64,000 nucleotides of DNA from Candidatus Thorarchaeota archaeon (GTDB lineage: Archaea > Asgardarchaeota > Thorarchaeia > Thorarchaeales > Thorarchaeaceae), in contig JBHLQM010000003.1 of NCBI GenBank assembly GCA_048884785.1, forward strand, positions 1-64,000, read 5' to 3'. A program made the position numbers and the translations under genes. Under the pieces are notes generated by a model. It was not told where the DNA came from. It saw only the letters and a list, made by a program, of their open reading frames with translations, and did no database searches. Below, piece after piece: positions 19,913-29,579 of the stretch (positions are counted from its first letter, which is position 1; every line of letters begins with the position of its first letter).

Positions 19913-22732
19913 TTGGAAGAAGAACAAAAAGACCCGAACAAAAAGCAATCCAGTCTCGAAGATTTCTTTGGTTCTGGCAGCAAATCTCAAACCTCATCAG
20001 CAAAGAAGGAAAACAGTTCACACAAGAAGGAATCGTCTAAGAAGCCTCCCAGTGAAATCCCTGATTATGAAAACGGCGATAGTGGAGAGGAAGAAGAGGC
20101 CATAGACTCTAATGAACTGGAGGAGATTCGTGATTCTGTTCTTCCTACCCCCTCAGGCAAGGGGAAACCCGTTGCAGGACAAAGAGATGAACCTAAGAAT
20201 CTCGGACCTTCCTATCTCCTTTCAGTAGATTACGCTGGGCATCTGAAGAAGGCGTTCGCTCAATTGTATGATGCTGCCACCAAGAAGATTTACCTGTGGT
20301 ATGATAATACTGATCATAAGCCATACTGTTACACTGATTTCCCTCCTCAGGTCGTCCAGAGTAAAGTAGGCAATCATAAGGGATTTGTTGGAACGCAAAA
20401 AGTCGAGGTCAGAGACCTTCTCCGTGATGAACCTCGTGAAATGACAAAAATCATTGCTGATGACCCTCTCAGTATTGGAGGCGGGAAAGACGCAATTCGA
20501 GACGTACTCATTGAGCACACTCCAGATATGCAAACTATAAGTCATGCATGGGAAGCTGCAATAAGATATAGAAATTGCTACACCTATGATAGAGAAATCA
20601 TTCCGGGACTGCCCTATGTAATAGAAAATGGTGAATTAATTCGCTGTGATCCCAAAGTAGACGAAGATGTGCTTGTTCGATTTAAGAAGATGTTCAAGGC
20701 CGAAAAGGGGCTCGAACGGATAATCGATCAATATGCACCCATGTTCTTCACTGAAGTCCCAGATATTCGTAGACTTGCTGTGGATATCGAAGTCTACGCA
20801 CCAATCGAGAACAGGATACCAGACCCCATGCTTGCAGAACAGCAGATAACCGCAATTGGTCTTGCAGACAACGAGTCGTACAATAAATGCTTCGTCCTGA
20901 GAAGGCGTGGACATCCTGAAGGAAAGAAGAGTGCGGATTATCCCAAGGAACTTGATGTTGTGTTCTTCGAAGATGAAACTGAGATGTTGATTCAGGCCTT
21001 TCGGGTCATGGACACCTACCCAATTGTACTTTCCTTTGTTGGTGATTCATTTGATTTGACCTACTTGTACAACAGAGCAAATCGCCTGAAGATTGACCTG
21101 AATCGTCATTGCCCTATTAGACTAGGTCGTGATATTGCCCTAATGCGCGGCGGTGTCCATATTGATCTGTATAGATTTCTCAAGAACCCGTCAATCCGCC
21201 TGTATGCTCTTTCCGGAGCCTATGAACGAAGCAGCCTTGAAGCAATTGGACAGGGCCTCTTGGGAATAGGGAAGCTTGAGCTGAGTGATTCAATAAACAA
21301 ACTACCGTATTATGAGCTTGCCCACTACTGCTGGCTCGATTCAAAGATAACAATGCAGATCACTCAATATGAGAATAATCTGCTTTTGAGACTCATTATA
21401 CTCCTGATGCGTATTTCTCGTCTCTCCATGGAAGATGTGACTCGCTTGGGCATCTCAAGCTGGATCCAGTCCCTATTTAGACAGGAACACCGTTCACGGA
21501 ATTACCTGATACCCCAACAGTATGAGATTCAGCTCCGGAAATCATCTACGGCTCAGACAGAAGCAATGATCAAGGACAAGGCATTCAAAGGAGCTATTGT
21601 GATAGAGCCTGTTCCTGGAGTTCATTTCGATGCCACTGTTCTCGACTTTGCCAGCCTATATCCGACTATTATGAAGACCCACAATATAAGCTATGAAACA
21701 GTTGACTGCCCGCATGATGCCTGTAAGAGCGCAACCAACAATCGGGTTCCTGAAACCAATCATTGGACCTGTACACTCAATAAAGGAATGATTAGTGAAA
21801 CCATTGGCTTCTTCCGCGACACTCGGGTAAACTGGTTCAAAGAGAAAAGCAAAGACAAATCCCTCGATGATAGAACAAGGAATTGGTACAGCGTTGTGGA
21901 AAAAGCGCTAAAGGTCTTTGTTAATGCATCATATGGGGTGACCGGAGCCCAACATTTCGAGCTGTTTTGTATGCCGGCCGCTGAGAGTGTTACGGCATAT
22001 GGCCGTGATGCTATAATTCGGACAAAAGAAAAAGCCGAATCAATGGGCGTTCGAGTGATCTATGGTGACACCGATTCGGTCTTTCTTGACAATCCCTCAA
22101 AGGAACAGCAGGATGAACTTGTGAAGTGGTCTAGCAAAGAATTGGGGATTGATTTGGAAGTTGAAAAGACATACAAATACGTTGCACTCTCTGAGAGAAA
22201 GAAGAACTACATTGGTGTCTACAAATCAGGGTATGTTGAAGTAAAAGGATTGAGTGGAAAGAAGAGGAATACACCGTTCTTTGCCCAGAAAGCATTCCAA
22301 GAGATGCTGGATGTTCTTGCCAAGGTGGACAGTCCAAAAGGGTTTGAGGTTGCTAGAGAGGAGATTAAGGAAATTGTACATCGAGTACTGGACAAGCTAG
22401 AGGGAAAGGCAAAGGAATATCCTCCTGATGAGTTGGCATTCCGGGTGCAACTAACAAAGCCACTCAATAGCTATGGTGATTCAAAACCTCAGCATGTGCG
22501 TGCAGCAATTCTTAGCGGCGAAGAAGTAGGCCCTGGATCTATCATTGAGTACATCAAGACCAAGGATAATGATGGAGTTGTCCCATTGAACATTGCTAGG
22601 AAACAGGCATATTGGATTGACAAAGACAAGTATATTGATACACTGAAGTCAGTTTTTGAACAGGTTTTAGATGCAGTCGGTCTCGACTTTGAAGGGCTAA
22701 TGGGATTCACAACTCTCGACCAGTTCTTTTGA
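19913..22732 (+). CDS. polB: Family B DNA polymerase (PolB1-like)
   Basis: Exo DIE, FVGDSFDL, YCWLDS. Pol DFASLYP, KVFVNASYG, YGDTDS, KKNY. YETVDCPH..C segment typical of PolB1. C-terminal PIP-like TTLDQFF. Confidence 0.93.
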   Translation: MEEEQKDPNKKQSSLEDFFGSGSKSQTSSAKKENSSHKKESSKKPPSEIPDYENGDSGEEEEAIDSNELEEIRDSVLPTPSGKGKPVAGQRDEPKNLGPSYLLSVDYAGHLKKAFAQLYDAATKKIYLWYDNTDHKPYCYTDFPPQVVQSKVGNHKGFVGTQKVEVRDLLRDEPREMTKIIADDPLSIGGGKDAIRDVLIEHTPDMQTISHAWEAAIRYRNCYTYDREIIPGLPYVIENGELIRCDPKVDEDVLVRFKKMFKAEKGLERIIDQYAPMFFTEVPDIRRLAVDIEVYAPIENRIPDPMLAEQQITAIGLADNESYNKCFVLRRRGHPEGKKSADYPKELDVVFFEDETEMLIQAFRVMDTYPIVLSFVGDSFDLTYLYNRANRLKIDLNRHCPIRLGRDIALMRGGVHIDLYRFLKNPSIRLYALSGAYERSSLEAIGQGLLGIGKLELSDSINKLPYYELAHYCWLDSKITMQITQYENNLLLRLIILLMRISRLSMEDVTRLGISSWIQSLFRQEHRSRNYLIPQQYEIQLRKSSTAQTEAMIKDKAFKGAIVIEPVPGVHFDATVLDFASLYPTIMKTHNISYETVDCPHDACKSATNNRVPETNHWTCTLNKGMISETIGFFRDTRVNWFKEKSKDKSLDDRTRNWYSVVEKALKVFVNASYGVTGAQHFELFCMPAAESVTAYGRDAIIRTKEKAESMGVRVIYGDTDSVFLDNPSKEQQDELVKWSSKELGIDLEVEKTYKYVALSERKKNYIGVYKSGYVEVKGLSGKKRNTPFFAQKAFQEMLDVLAKVDSPKGFEVAREEIKEIVHRVLDKLEGKAKEYPPDELAFRVQLTKPLNSYGDSKPQHVRAAILSGEEVGPGSIIEYIKTKDNDGVVPLNIARKQAYWIDKDKYIDTLKSVFEQVLDAVGLDFEGLMGFTTLDQFF

Positions 22733-22830
22733 TGAGTTGAGGTCCAACGAAGAAAGCCTTTTAGCGAACGCTGAGCTAGAGCCTACCTAACATCCTAAAG
22801 AATTGAACAATCAGTGACGGGGCTCCATAC

Positions 22831-23868
22831 ATGGTCCGGATAAATTATCGTGAGTTCTTCATGCAGAAGGCAGTCATCCTATTGAAACCCGAGGATGTTG
22901 AGATGTCTGCAAAGGATTTTCTCTCCACCTTTGCCTCCTATATGGATGGTGTGGGTATGGTAGGGAAAGCACCAACAGGCTATGCAATGTACCCCAGCAA
23001 AACTGCTCCTGTAGAGCAAAAGTATGTGTCTTTCTTTGAGGAATGGGTTGAGCTTACTCATGCTTTGGGAATCAAAGGGGTCATCGGAATGGACCTCTAT
23101 ACTGATGGATGGTTTGCGAAGGACCCCAAGTACATTGCCATGACCGACAAAGGAGTCAAAATGGAGCATCAAATCTGTCCAAATAGACCGGAATTCTGGG
23201 AATACAGTGCAGAGGTAATCAAGGAGATTGGTTCATACCCAATCGAAGAAATCATGTTGTTTGGAACAGGGTTCATTCGGGATCATTTTTGCTTTTGTGA
23301 GCGATGCAGAACTGAGGTTGCACCCCTGGTTGACCAAGAGCCCAATCGACTTACATATGCGTACATAACTGATAATCCACAGTATCATGATATCTGGCAC
23401 AAATGGAGAAGTGATAAGGTTCATGAAGGGCTCACAGTACTCCAAGCTGCAGCACGTGAAACAGATGAAGCAACTGAGAGAGAAGAGCCTCTTAGGCTGG
23501 CTGTTGAAGTTTTACTCGATCCTGAAACAGGATTGTCTGAAGGTGCAACTAGAGAATATGGATATGATTATGCACGAATTGGAGAGATAACGGGAAATGT
23601 GCTAATCAATATGTTTCCGTGGTCACCTACGCTGCCTGAGAAAAATACGAATCAATATACCGAACTTGTTGAATCACTTTACTTCACAAACGAATTCTCT
23701 AGACGAGGTGGGCGTGCATCGCTGTTCCGCTGGGGAGTAACAACGCTCGATCAAGTGCAGGAATTAAAGACGCTTGCACGTGATGCAGGAATTGATAGGA
23801 TTGTTACAACCTTCAATTATCCGGGCGATTATTCCAGACGCAGAGAATCCGCAATTGGTAACTACTAG
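22831..23868 (+). CDS. Glycoside-hydrolase-like TIM-barrel protein (GHL10-like)
   Basis: G.AMYPSK, ICPNRPE, CFCERC, W.KWR pattern seen in GHL10/GH42-like proteins. Confidence 0.55.
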   Translation: MVRINYREFFMQKAVILLKPEDVEMSAKDFLSTFASYMDGVGMVGKAPTGYAMYPSKTAPVEQKYVSFFEEWVELTHALGIKGVIGMDLYTDGWFAKDPKYIAMTDKGVKMEHQICPNRPEFWEYSAEVIKEIGSYPIEEIMLFGTGFIRDHFCFCERCRTEVAPLVDQEPNRLTYAYITDNPQYHDIWHKWRSDKVHEGLTVLQAAARETDEATEREEPLRLAVEVLLDPETGLSEGATREYGYDYARIGEITGNVLINMFPWSPTLPEKNTNQYTELVESLYFTNEFSRRGGRASLFRWGVTTLDQVQELKTLARDAGIDRIVTTFNYPGDYSRRRESAIGNY

Positions 23869-23879
23869 AATTACTTGTC

Positions 23880-24770
23880 TTATTGAGGTGCTCCGCAATA
23901 TGGGCATACCTTGGTATTAGGCTCAAAGGTTCTTCCGCATGAGAAACAGAAACTCAACCTCCCACTCTCCCGTTTTGCTTCTTCAGTGAAGGGACTAAGT
24001 TCACCTTCGGAAAACAGCGCACCTATGCCCTCCAGATTTGGATCCGTTCCTATTCGACATACTCCTTTAGAATCCAATTCGCGCGTCGCGTGTCGCATCT
24101 CATCCATTAAGCTTCCATCCATTGGTACATCTGTAAAAGAACCGCTTCTTCCGCGAGATGTGTAGTCAGACGATGACCTTTCGTAGCCACGAGCACTGTT
24201 CTCTCGATCCCATCTATCTCTCCTATCGGTTGCAGAGAGTGGCTTGCTCCGATTCTCGAAAGATCGGTCTAGAGCATCAAAATCCCTTCTATAGTCATCC
24301 GTACCGAAACCTCTGTCTATCGCCGGCTTGTTTGCAGCTCTGGCTTGAGGAACATCTCCCCAATCATACGCTGCGGATGAACCACTCCGAGATGCATCAA
24401 GAAACCTGTGATGAGCATCTCCTTTTAGCTGCTCATACTCCTCAATAGAAAGACCAAGAATCTCAAGAGCGCGGTCTCTCTCTGCACATCTTTTGGTCAT
24501 AGGACAACAGTATGAAAGACTGCTGTGACACAGGGCTGCCATCGCGCGTTCCTGACTTGATTTGTAAATTGGCGTGATCTTTCGTCTCCCAAGAATGAGA
24601 GCATCTCCAGTAGAACGGATTTCTGAATATCCAGATTGTGCTAGTGCTTCAACAATCTCTCGCGCAGGATATGCCTTTCCCTCAATGATCACAGTCCCCT
24701 CTGTTCGATCAAGTCTGACAGGCTTTTCTTCGCGTCTTTCTCCGTAGTCTGGATATCTCGTTATGGGCAC
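23880..24770 (-). CDS. Hypothetical protein with Cys cluster (methanogenesis-marker-9-like half domain), low-complexity R/D/S linker and C-terminal zinc ribbon
   Basis: LCHSSLSYCCPMTKRCAERDRALEILGLSIEEYEQLK. C-terminal CFSCG...CPYCG. Confidence 0.6.
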   Translation of the reverse strand: MPITRYPDYGERREEKPVRLDRTEGTVIIEGKAYPAREIVEALAQSGYSEIRSTGDALILGRRKITPIYKSSQERAMAALCHSSLSYCCPMTKRCAERDRALEILGLSIEEYEQLKGDAHHRFLDASRSGSSAAYDWGDVPQARAANKPAIDRGFGTDDYRRDFDALDRSFENRSKPLSATDRRDRWDRENSARGYERSSSDYTSRGRSGSFTDVPMDGSLMDEMRHATRELDSKGVCRIGTDPNLEGIGALFSEGELSPFTEEAKRESGRLSFCFSCGRTFEPNTKVCPYCGAPQ

Positions 24771-24917
24771 CCCATTGATATTTGATACAGATAGAAGAGT
24801 GGGTTTTGGAATAGAACCCTATGTATTACGGGGGTAGTTCTACCGAGTATCAAGAAGCTTATTTGCAGTAGCTGCAATCTCGAAAGCACCTGATTTATTC
24901 AGTAGGAGATATACAAC

Positions 24918-25280
24918 ATGGGTTGTAAGGCAGAAGGTGCCGCACAAGGCTACACTGTTCTTGGTGGAATAGTGCTATTACTAATTGGAATACAGATGAT
25001 CCTTGGTGAATTATCTGGGGCTATTGATCTCAATTCCCTAATTGAGATTGTTCTTGGAATCACTTTGATATTAATGGTTATTCTCGCCTTTGACGCCTCA
25101 GGGTTTGTTAGTTGGAAAGTATCCAAGTCAGGGGTTCTGGTGGCAATCTTTGGACTCATTTGCATCTTCATAGTTAGCAGAGGGATTCTTCTTGACCCAT
25201 TGGCTTGGATAATGAGTCTGGGAACTCTTGCGGGATTTATGATATTCTTAGGAGGCCTATTACTCATCTTCAGAAAGTAA
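24918..25280 (+). CDS. Small 4-TM membrane protein
   Basis: Hydrophobic helices, AGGAG RBS. Similar layout to the two neighbouring paralogs. Confidence 0.75.
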   Translation: MGCKAEGAAQGYTVLGGIVLLLIGIQMILGELSGAIDLNSLIEIVLGITLILMVILAFDASGFVSWKVSKSGVLVAIFGLICIFIVSRGILLDPLAWIMSLGTLAGFMIFLGGLLLIFRK

Positions 25281-25298
25281 ATGTGACCGGGAAGATTC

Positions 25299-25658
25299 AT
25301 GTCCGATCAGCAAACCTCAGACACCTACTTAGTTGGCCAGCTGCTAGTTGTCTTTGGGGCCATTGTGTCGTTCATATTTGGTGTACTCTATCTCCTGAAT
25401 GTAGGGGTTGGAGTCACCTTTCTTCCCTCTCTGAATCTTGCAGGAATTCTCGGAGCTATTACGAATTTCCTTCTAGGAATAATATTAGTAATTCTCTCAC
25501 TCATCACGCTGGCGACTTATGGAATCATCAAGATTCCAACGATTACATTTGAGAGAAATCAACTTGTCTTACTAATCCTTGGTGTGGCCATGTATGTTTT
25601 TGGCGGCACATTGGGCGGTGTCCTTGTCGTTATCGGGTCCATCTTAATGTTCTTCTAG
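25299..25658 (+). CDS. Small membrane protein (paralog of 27186-27515)
   Basis: LATYGIIKIPTITFERN matches LATSGVIKIPALKFESN in the paralog. Confidence 0.78.
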   Translation: MSDQQTSDTYLVGQLLVVFGAIVSFIFGVLYLLNVGVGVTFLPSLNLAGILGAITNFLLGIILVILSLITLATYGIIKIPTITFERNQLVLLILGVAMYVFGGTLGGVLVVIGSILMFF

Positions 25659-25775
25659 AATATTTCCAATTGCGATTTTTCTTCCTGAGAGCCGAAAAAG
25701 AATGTACCCGCATCACAAATCTCTTAATGGTACTTGTTCTGCGACTGGCTCAGCAATCGATGGGGCTGTGAGTAT

Positions 25776-27128
25776 ATGGACGAAAAGCACTATCAGATTC
25801 TCAGAGAACTGGGATTTGAATTAGGCCCAAAGCAGATGACCAATAAATACTGGATTGGTCGGGCTGTTGAAGCCCTTGCCCTCTCCACCCAAGATCGTGA
25901 CGTTTACGGCTGCGTTGATCACACCCGTGGAGAAGGAGTGAAGATTTTTGATATTGAAGGTACGGATTATCTTGACCTTACTGGAGGTGTTGCAGTCAGA
26001 GCATTTGGAGTTCGATATAAACCCCAAATGGATTTCGAGGAAAGAGTGCATGATGTAATGCTTGAGCTTCCTGGTCAGGATTTTGATGCAATCCCACAAA
26101 CACTATTAGCTGAGAAAGTTGCTGAGATTACTCCAGGGAGTCACAGAAAACGAGTCTTTTTCACCACCTCTGGAGGAAGAGCCGTTGAAGGATGCATGAA
26201 ATCTGCCATGGATTTGACAGGCCGGCGAAGATTCGTTGCATTTAGACCAGCCTTTCATGGGAGGACAGGTTATGCCCTTGCCCTAACCTCCTCCAACTCT
26301 CGACACAAGAATGTTTTTCCTCAAGGTGTCGACGTGATTCGAGTTCCCTATCCCTACCTATACAGGAAGCCTAAAGGGATGACTGATGATGATTACAAAA
26401 ACTATCTACTTGAAACATTGGAATATGCATTGCAGGTAGAGGGCAATGATGTCGCTGCTGTTGTCATGGAACCCCTTGCAGGAGAGGGTGGGCTCATCGT
26501 CCCTCCATCAGACGTGGTTCAGGGTATATACAAGATTGCCAAGGACAATGGTGCTTTCTTCCATTCGGATGAGGTTCAGGCTGGAATGGGACGGACAGGG
26601 AAATGGTGTGCAATAGAACACCATGGCGTCACTCCCGATTATATCTCAATGGCGAAAGCATTGGGCGGTGGATATCCAATGGGTGCTTGTGTTGGACCTG
26701 CACCTATGTACACTGGTCCTTCTCGTCATTCTGAAACATTCTCTGCTGAGCCAAAGATGGCATTGATTTCTCTCTGGGTTCTAAAACACATTGAAGAGCA
26801 AGGATTCCTGAAGAGCAACACAGAGAAAGGGGATTACATGATGAAGCAGCTAAACGAGCTCAAGGATAAACATGAAGTCATTGGAGATGTGAGAGGGCTT
26901 GGTCTAATGATAGGTGTAGAGTTTGTAAGAGATAAGGCATCGAGAATAAAGGCTCCGAAACTGCGAGATAGAATTGTTAGAAATTCTGTACAGAAGCAGC
27001 ATCTATGGATGCTAGGTTGTGGACAGAATGTTATTCGTTTCACACCAAGCTTTGTGATCTCCTACGATGATATCGACGAGGCAGTCAGAAGATTGGATAG
27101 GGCAATCACTGAAGAAGCTGCACAATAG
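25776..27128 (+). CDS. Class III PLP-dependent aminotransferase (GABA/ornithine-type)
   Basis: YLDLTGG, SGGRAVE, AFHGRT, EPLAGEGG, DEVQAGMGRTG, AKALGGG, RGLGLMIG. Start trimmed to MDEK. Confidence 0.92.
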   Translation: MDEKHYQILRELGFELGPKQMTNKYWIGRAVEALALSTQDRDVYGCVDHTRGEGVKIFDIEGTDYLDLTGGVAVRAFGVRYKPQMDFEERVHDVMLELPGQDFDAIPQTLLAEKVAEITPGSHRKRVFFTTSGGRAVEGCMKSAMDLTGRRRFVAFRPAFHGRTGYALALTSSNSRHKNVFPQGVDVIRVPYPYLYRKPKGMTDDDYKNYLLETLEYALQVEGNDVAAVVMEPLAGEGGLIVPPSDVVQGIYKIAKDNGAFFHSDEVQAGMGRTGKWCAIEHHGVTPDYISMAKALGGGYPMGACVGPAPMYTGPSRHSETFSAEPKMALISLWVLKHIEEQGFLKSNTEKGDYMMKQLNELKDKHEVIGDVRGLGLMIGVEFVRDKASRIKAPKLRDRIVRNSVQKQHLWMLGCGQNVIRFTPSFVISYDDIDEAVRRLDRAITEEAAQ

Positions 27129-27140
27129 AAGAGAGTCGAG

Positions 27141-27178
27141 TGAACACTCATGTCTTGAAAGATTGACATGAGTGCTCA
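27141..27178. terminator. Stem-loop between convergent genes
   Basis: cactcatgtc (27145-54) pairs with gacatgagtg (27165-74), perfect 10-bp stem extended by tga/tca. Confidence 0.6.
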
Positions 27179-27185
27179 TTTCATC

Positions 27186-27515
27186 CTATTTTATTAACAG
27201 GAGAATTGCTCCAATTATAACTAAGATTCCTGCCAAGTCTGATCCAAAAATAACCATGAGGATACCAAAGATCAGATATAGAATCCAATTGCTCTCAAAT
27301 TTAAGAGCAGGGATTTTAATCACTCCACTGGTCGCCAGTACAATTAGACCCAGTAATACCTGAATTATTCCATAAATCAGTGGACCAACAGCTCCCAAGA
27401 TTTCTAGAGAAATCAACCTGATACCCATATTGGCCATGGTGAGAATTCCAAAAAGAATTCCAAGCACACCACCTAATATGAACAGAATCTTGGCAATTTC
27501 CTTCATATCTGACAT
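27186..27515 (-). CDS. Small membrane protein (paralog of 25299-25658)
   Basis: Hydrophobic helices with shared LAT.G.IKIP...FE.N motif. Confidence 0.78.
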   Translation of the reverse strand: MSDMKEIAKILFILGGVLGILFGILTMANMGIRLISLEILGAVGPLIYGIIQVLLGLIVLATSGVIKIPALKFESNWILYLIFGILMVIFGSDLAGILVIIGAILLLIK

Positions 27516-27793
27516 TTCTAAACATCATTCTCCATTTTCGATTTACTCTCCAAGGGGGAACGTTTTGCTAATGATAGGTCAAATTACAGACCTGATTTGA
27601 CTCATACTACTAATAAAATAGCGGAGCGCAATCCCCCTCAGGGCTTTGTAATGAAGTGCTTTTCTGATATATAACTACACTGGAAAAAACCTGAGAGTTC
27701 CTGATTTTGGCGTCTGCCGGTAAGCAAGGGTACGGAGCCCCTCTACATTAAAATGGGAGTTGCATGCCTATATCCATAGAGAGCTGAATCTCC

Positions 27794-29113
27794 TTGACAA
27801 TAGGCGATGAAGAATTCACCGAAGCAGCAGGGCCCACTCTAGAGTTTATTGGCGATATATCGCCAGAAGTCACTATTCCTGATGCCGCTCAGATTCTCAT
27901 TATCAGCAAAGATCAATCATTCTTGACACATGGAATACACAAATTTCCTGCCAAATTCTTTCCAGAATTGCCAAGATATCTAATCAAGAGATATTCCTCT
28001 AGACATGCCACTGTTCTTGACCCCATGTGCGGCAGCGGAACAGTTGTGCTTGAATCTCTGCTCAGCCAGCGAAGAGGGATAGGAATAGATATCGATCCTA
28101 TGGCGAGATTAATTACCAAAGTAAAAACAACGCCAATAAACTCGGATTTGATTGATGCATTCAACAAGACACTTCTCAACGAAACTCAGGAAAGGTATGT
28201 TGGCCAAATTGAAGAAACCGTTATTCCTGAATTCAGCTATCGGGATAAATGGTTTCGTCCGTTTGTTCTCAAGGAGCTTGCAATAATTCGAGATTCAATC
28301 GAAAAGACCCGTAGCTTGGGCGCGCCCGACGATATGTATGATTTTCACCGAGTAGCGCTTTCATCAATAATACGAGATGTTTCCAATGCTGATCCTCATT
28401 GTACTCGGACAGTAATCCGGAAAAAACACATTCGTCAAATCTCTCCGGGAGACACGCTAGCAAAATTCAGTGAAGCATTGGACCAACAAGCTCTGGCAAT
28501 GAATGCATTTGTAGATTCTTTATATGGCCAACACCACCATGCACCTATCCTAACTGGAAAATCTGCCATGGATATGAATCTCGAGGACTCTTCTATAGAT
28601 CTCGCCGTGACCTCTCCTCCCTATATCAATGCAGTAGATTATCCACGAACACATCAGCTAGAGATGTATTGGCTTGGATTGAATGAAGAAGGACCACTTT
28701 CAAGAATGAAACGAAAATACATTGGGACAGAAACCGTCTATAAGGAAGAATACGAGAAGCTGACAATCAGTGGATATGATACTCTTGATCCAGTACTGGA
28801 AAAAATACATGCAATTGATTCTCGTCGTTCCTATATTGTTTTCAAATTTTTTGAGGATATGAAAAAACAGCTCAGGGAAACTTATCGAGTGCTTAGACCG
28901 GGCGGGCATTATTGCATAGCAATTGGGAATAATCTCGTCAGAGGGCACCGGATTGAGTCACAAAAAATCCTCTCGGAGATAGCATCATCTGACGATGTCG
29001 GATTCGAAATTGAGCGCAGCTTCTTCTCAGGTCTAATTCGTCACTTCATTAAGATTCCACGAAGAGAACGGATGAATGGAGAATGGGTCATCATTCTAGT
29101 GAAGCCGACCTAA
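27794..29113 (+). CDS. Orphan amino-DNA methyltransferase (SPPY, probably m4C, alpha-type motif order)
   Basis: THGIHKFPAKF, motif I DPMCGSGT near the N-terminus, motif IV VTSPPY later. No adjacent endonuclease. Confidence 0.85.
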   Translation: MTIGDEEFTEAAGPTLEFIGDISPEVTIPDAAQILIISKDQSFLTHGIHKFPAKFFPELPRYLIKRYSSRHATVLDPMCGSGTVVLESLLSQRRGIGIDIDPMARLITKVKTTPINSDLIDAFNKTLLNETQERYVGQIEETVIPEFSYRDKWFRPFVLKELAIIRDSIEKTRSLGAPDDMYDFHRVALSSIIRDVSNADPHCTRTVIRKKHIRQISPGDTLAKFSEALDQQALAMNAFVDSLYGQHHHAPILTGKSAMDMNLEDSSIDLAVTSPPYINAVDYPRTHQLEMYWLGLNEEGPLSRMKRKYIGTETVYKEEYEKLTISGYDTLDPVLEKIHAIDSRRSYIVFKFFEDMKKQLRETYRVLRPGGHYCIAIGNNLVRGHRIESQKILSEIASSDDVGFEIERSFFSGLIRHFIKIPRRERMNGEWVIILVKPT

Positions 29114-29261
29114 GCAACATTCTCTATTGGATTCCGCACTGATTGAATGCTAATACTTATCAAGCATTTCTGAATATCTAAATCAAAACTAAACGGAGGT
29201 TAATTCATCATGGCATCAACATACAGGTGGGATCGCGTTTGCACAACGGACCTTTCTAGCC

Positions 29262-29468
29262 ATGCCGCCCTCCGCAAAATTCCTCTACGTGCTTCTTAAG
29301 AATCGCCGCCGGATGTCCCGGCAGGATCTGATAAGTCGCACATTTCTTCCGCCTCGAACAGTAAATTATGGTCTTAGTCGCCTAAAGGCCCTAGGTCTAA
29401 TTGAGGAAGAAGAACACGAAGAGGATGGCAGGGAGCGGATCTATGTGCTGACATCGGCTCCGATGTAA
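29262..29468 (+). CDS. Small MarR-like winged-helix regulator (5' end uncertain)
   Basis: PPSAK.LY..L, T.LP.RTV.Y.L.RL...GLI, D.R.R.Y. Confidence 0.8.
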   Translation: MPPSAKFLYVLLKNRRRMSRQDLISRTFLPPRTVNYGLSRLKALGLIEEEEHEEDGRERIYVLTSAPM

Positions 29469-29579
29469 CCGGGCGCGGTGAGACTGTCTCGGGTTTATTC
29501 CGAGAGGTCTCTCCCACAATCCAAAACCCTCATAATCAAATCTGTTCGCCAACATGAGCCAGTCCTGATGGTGAATTCT

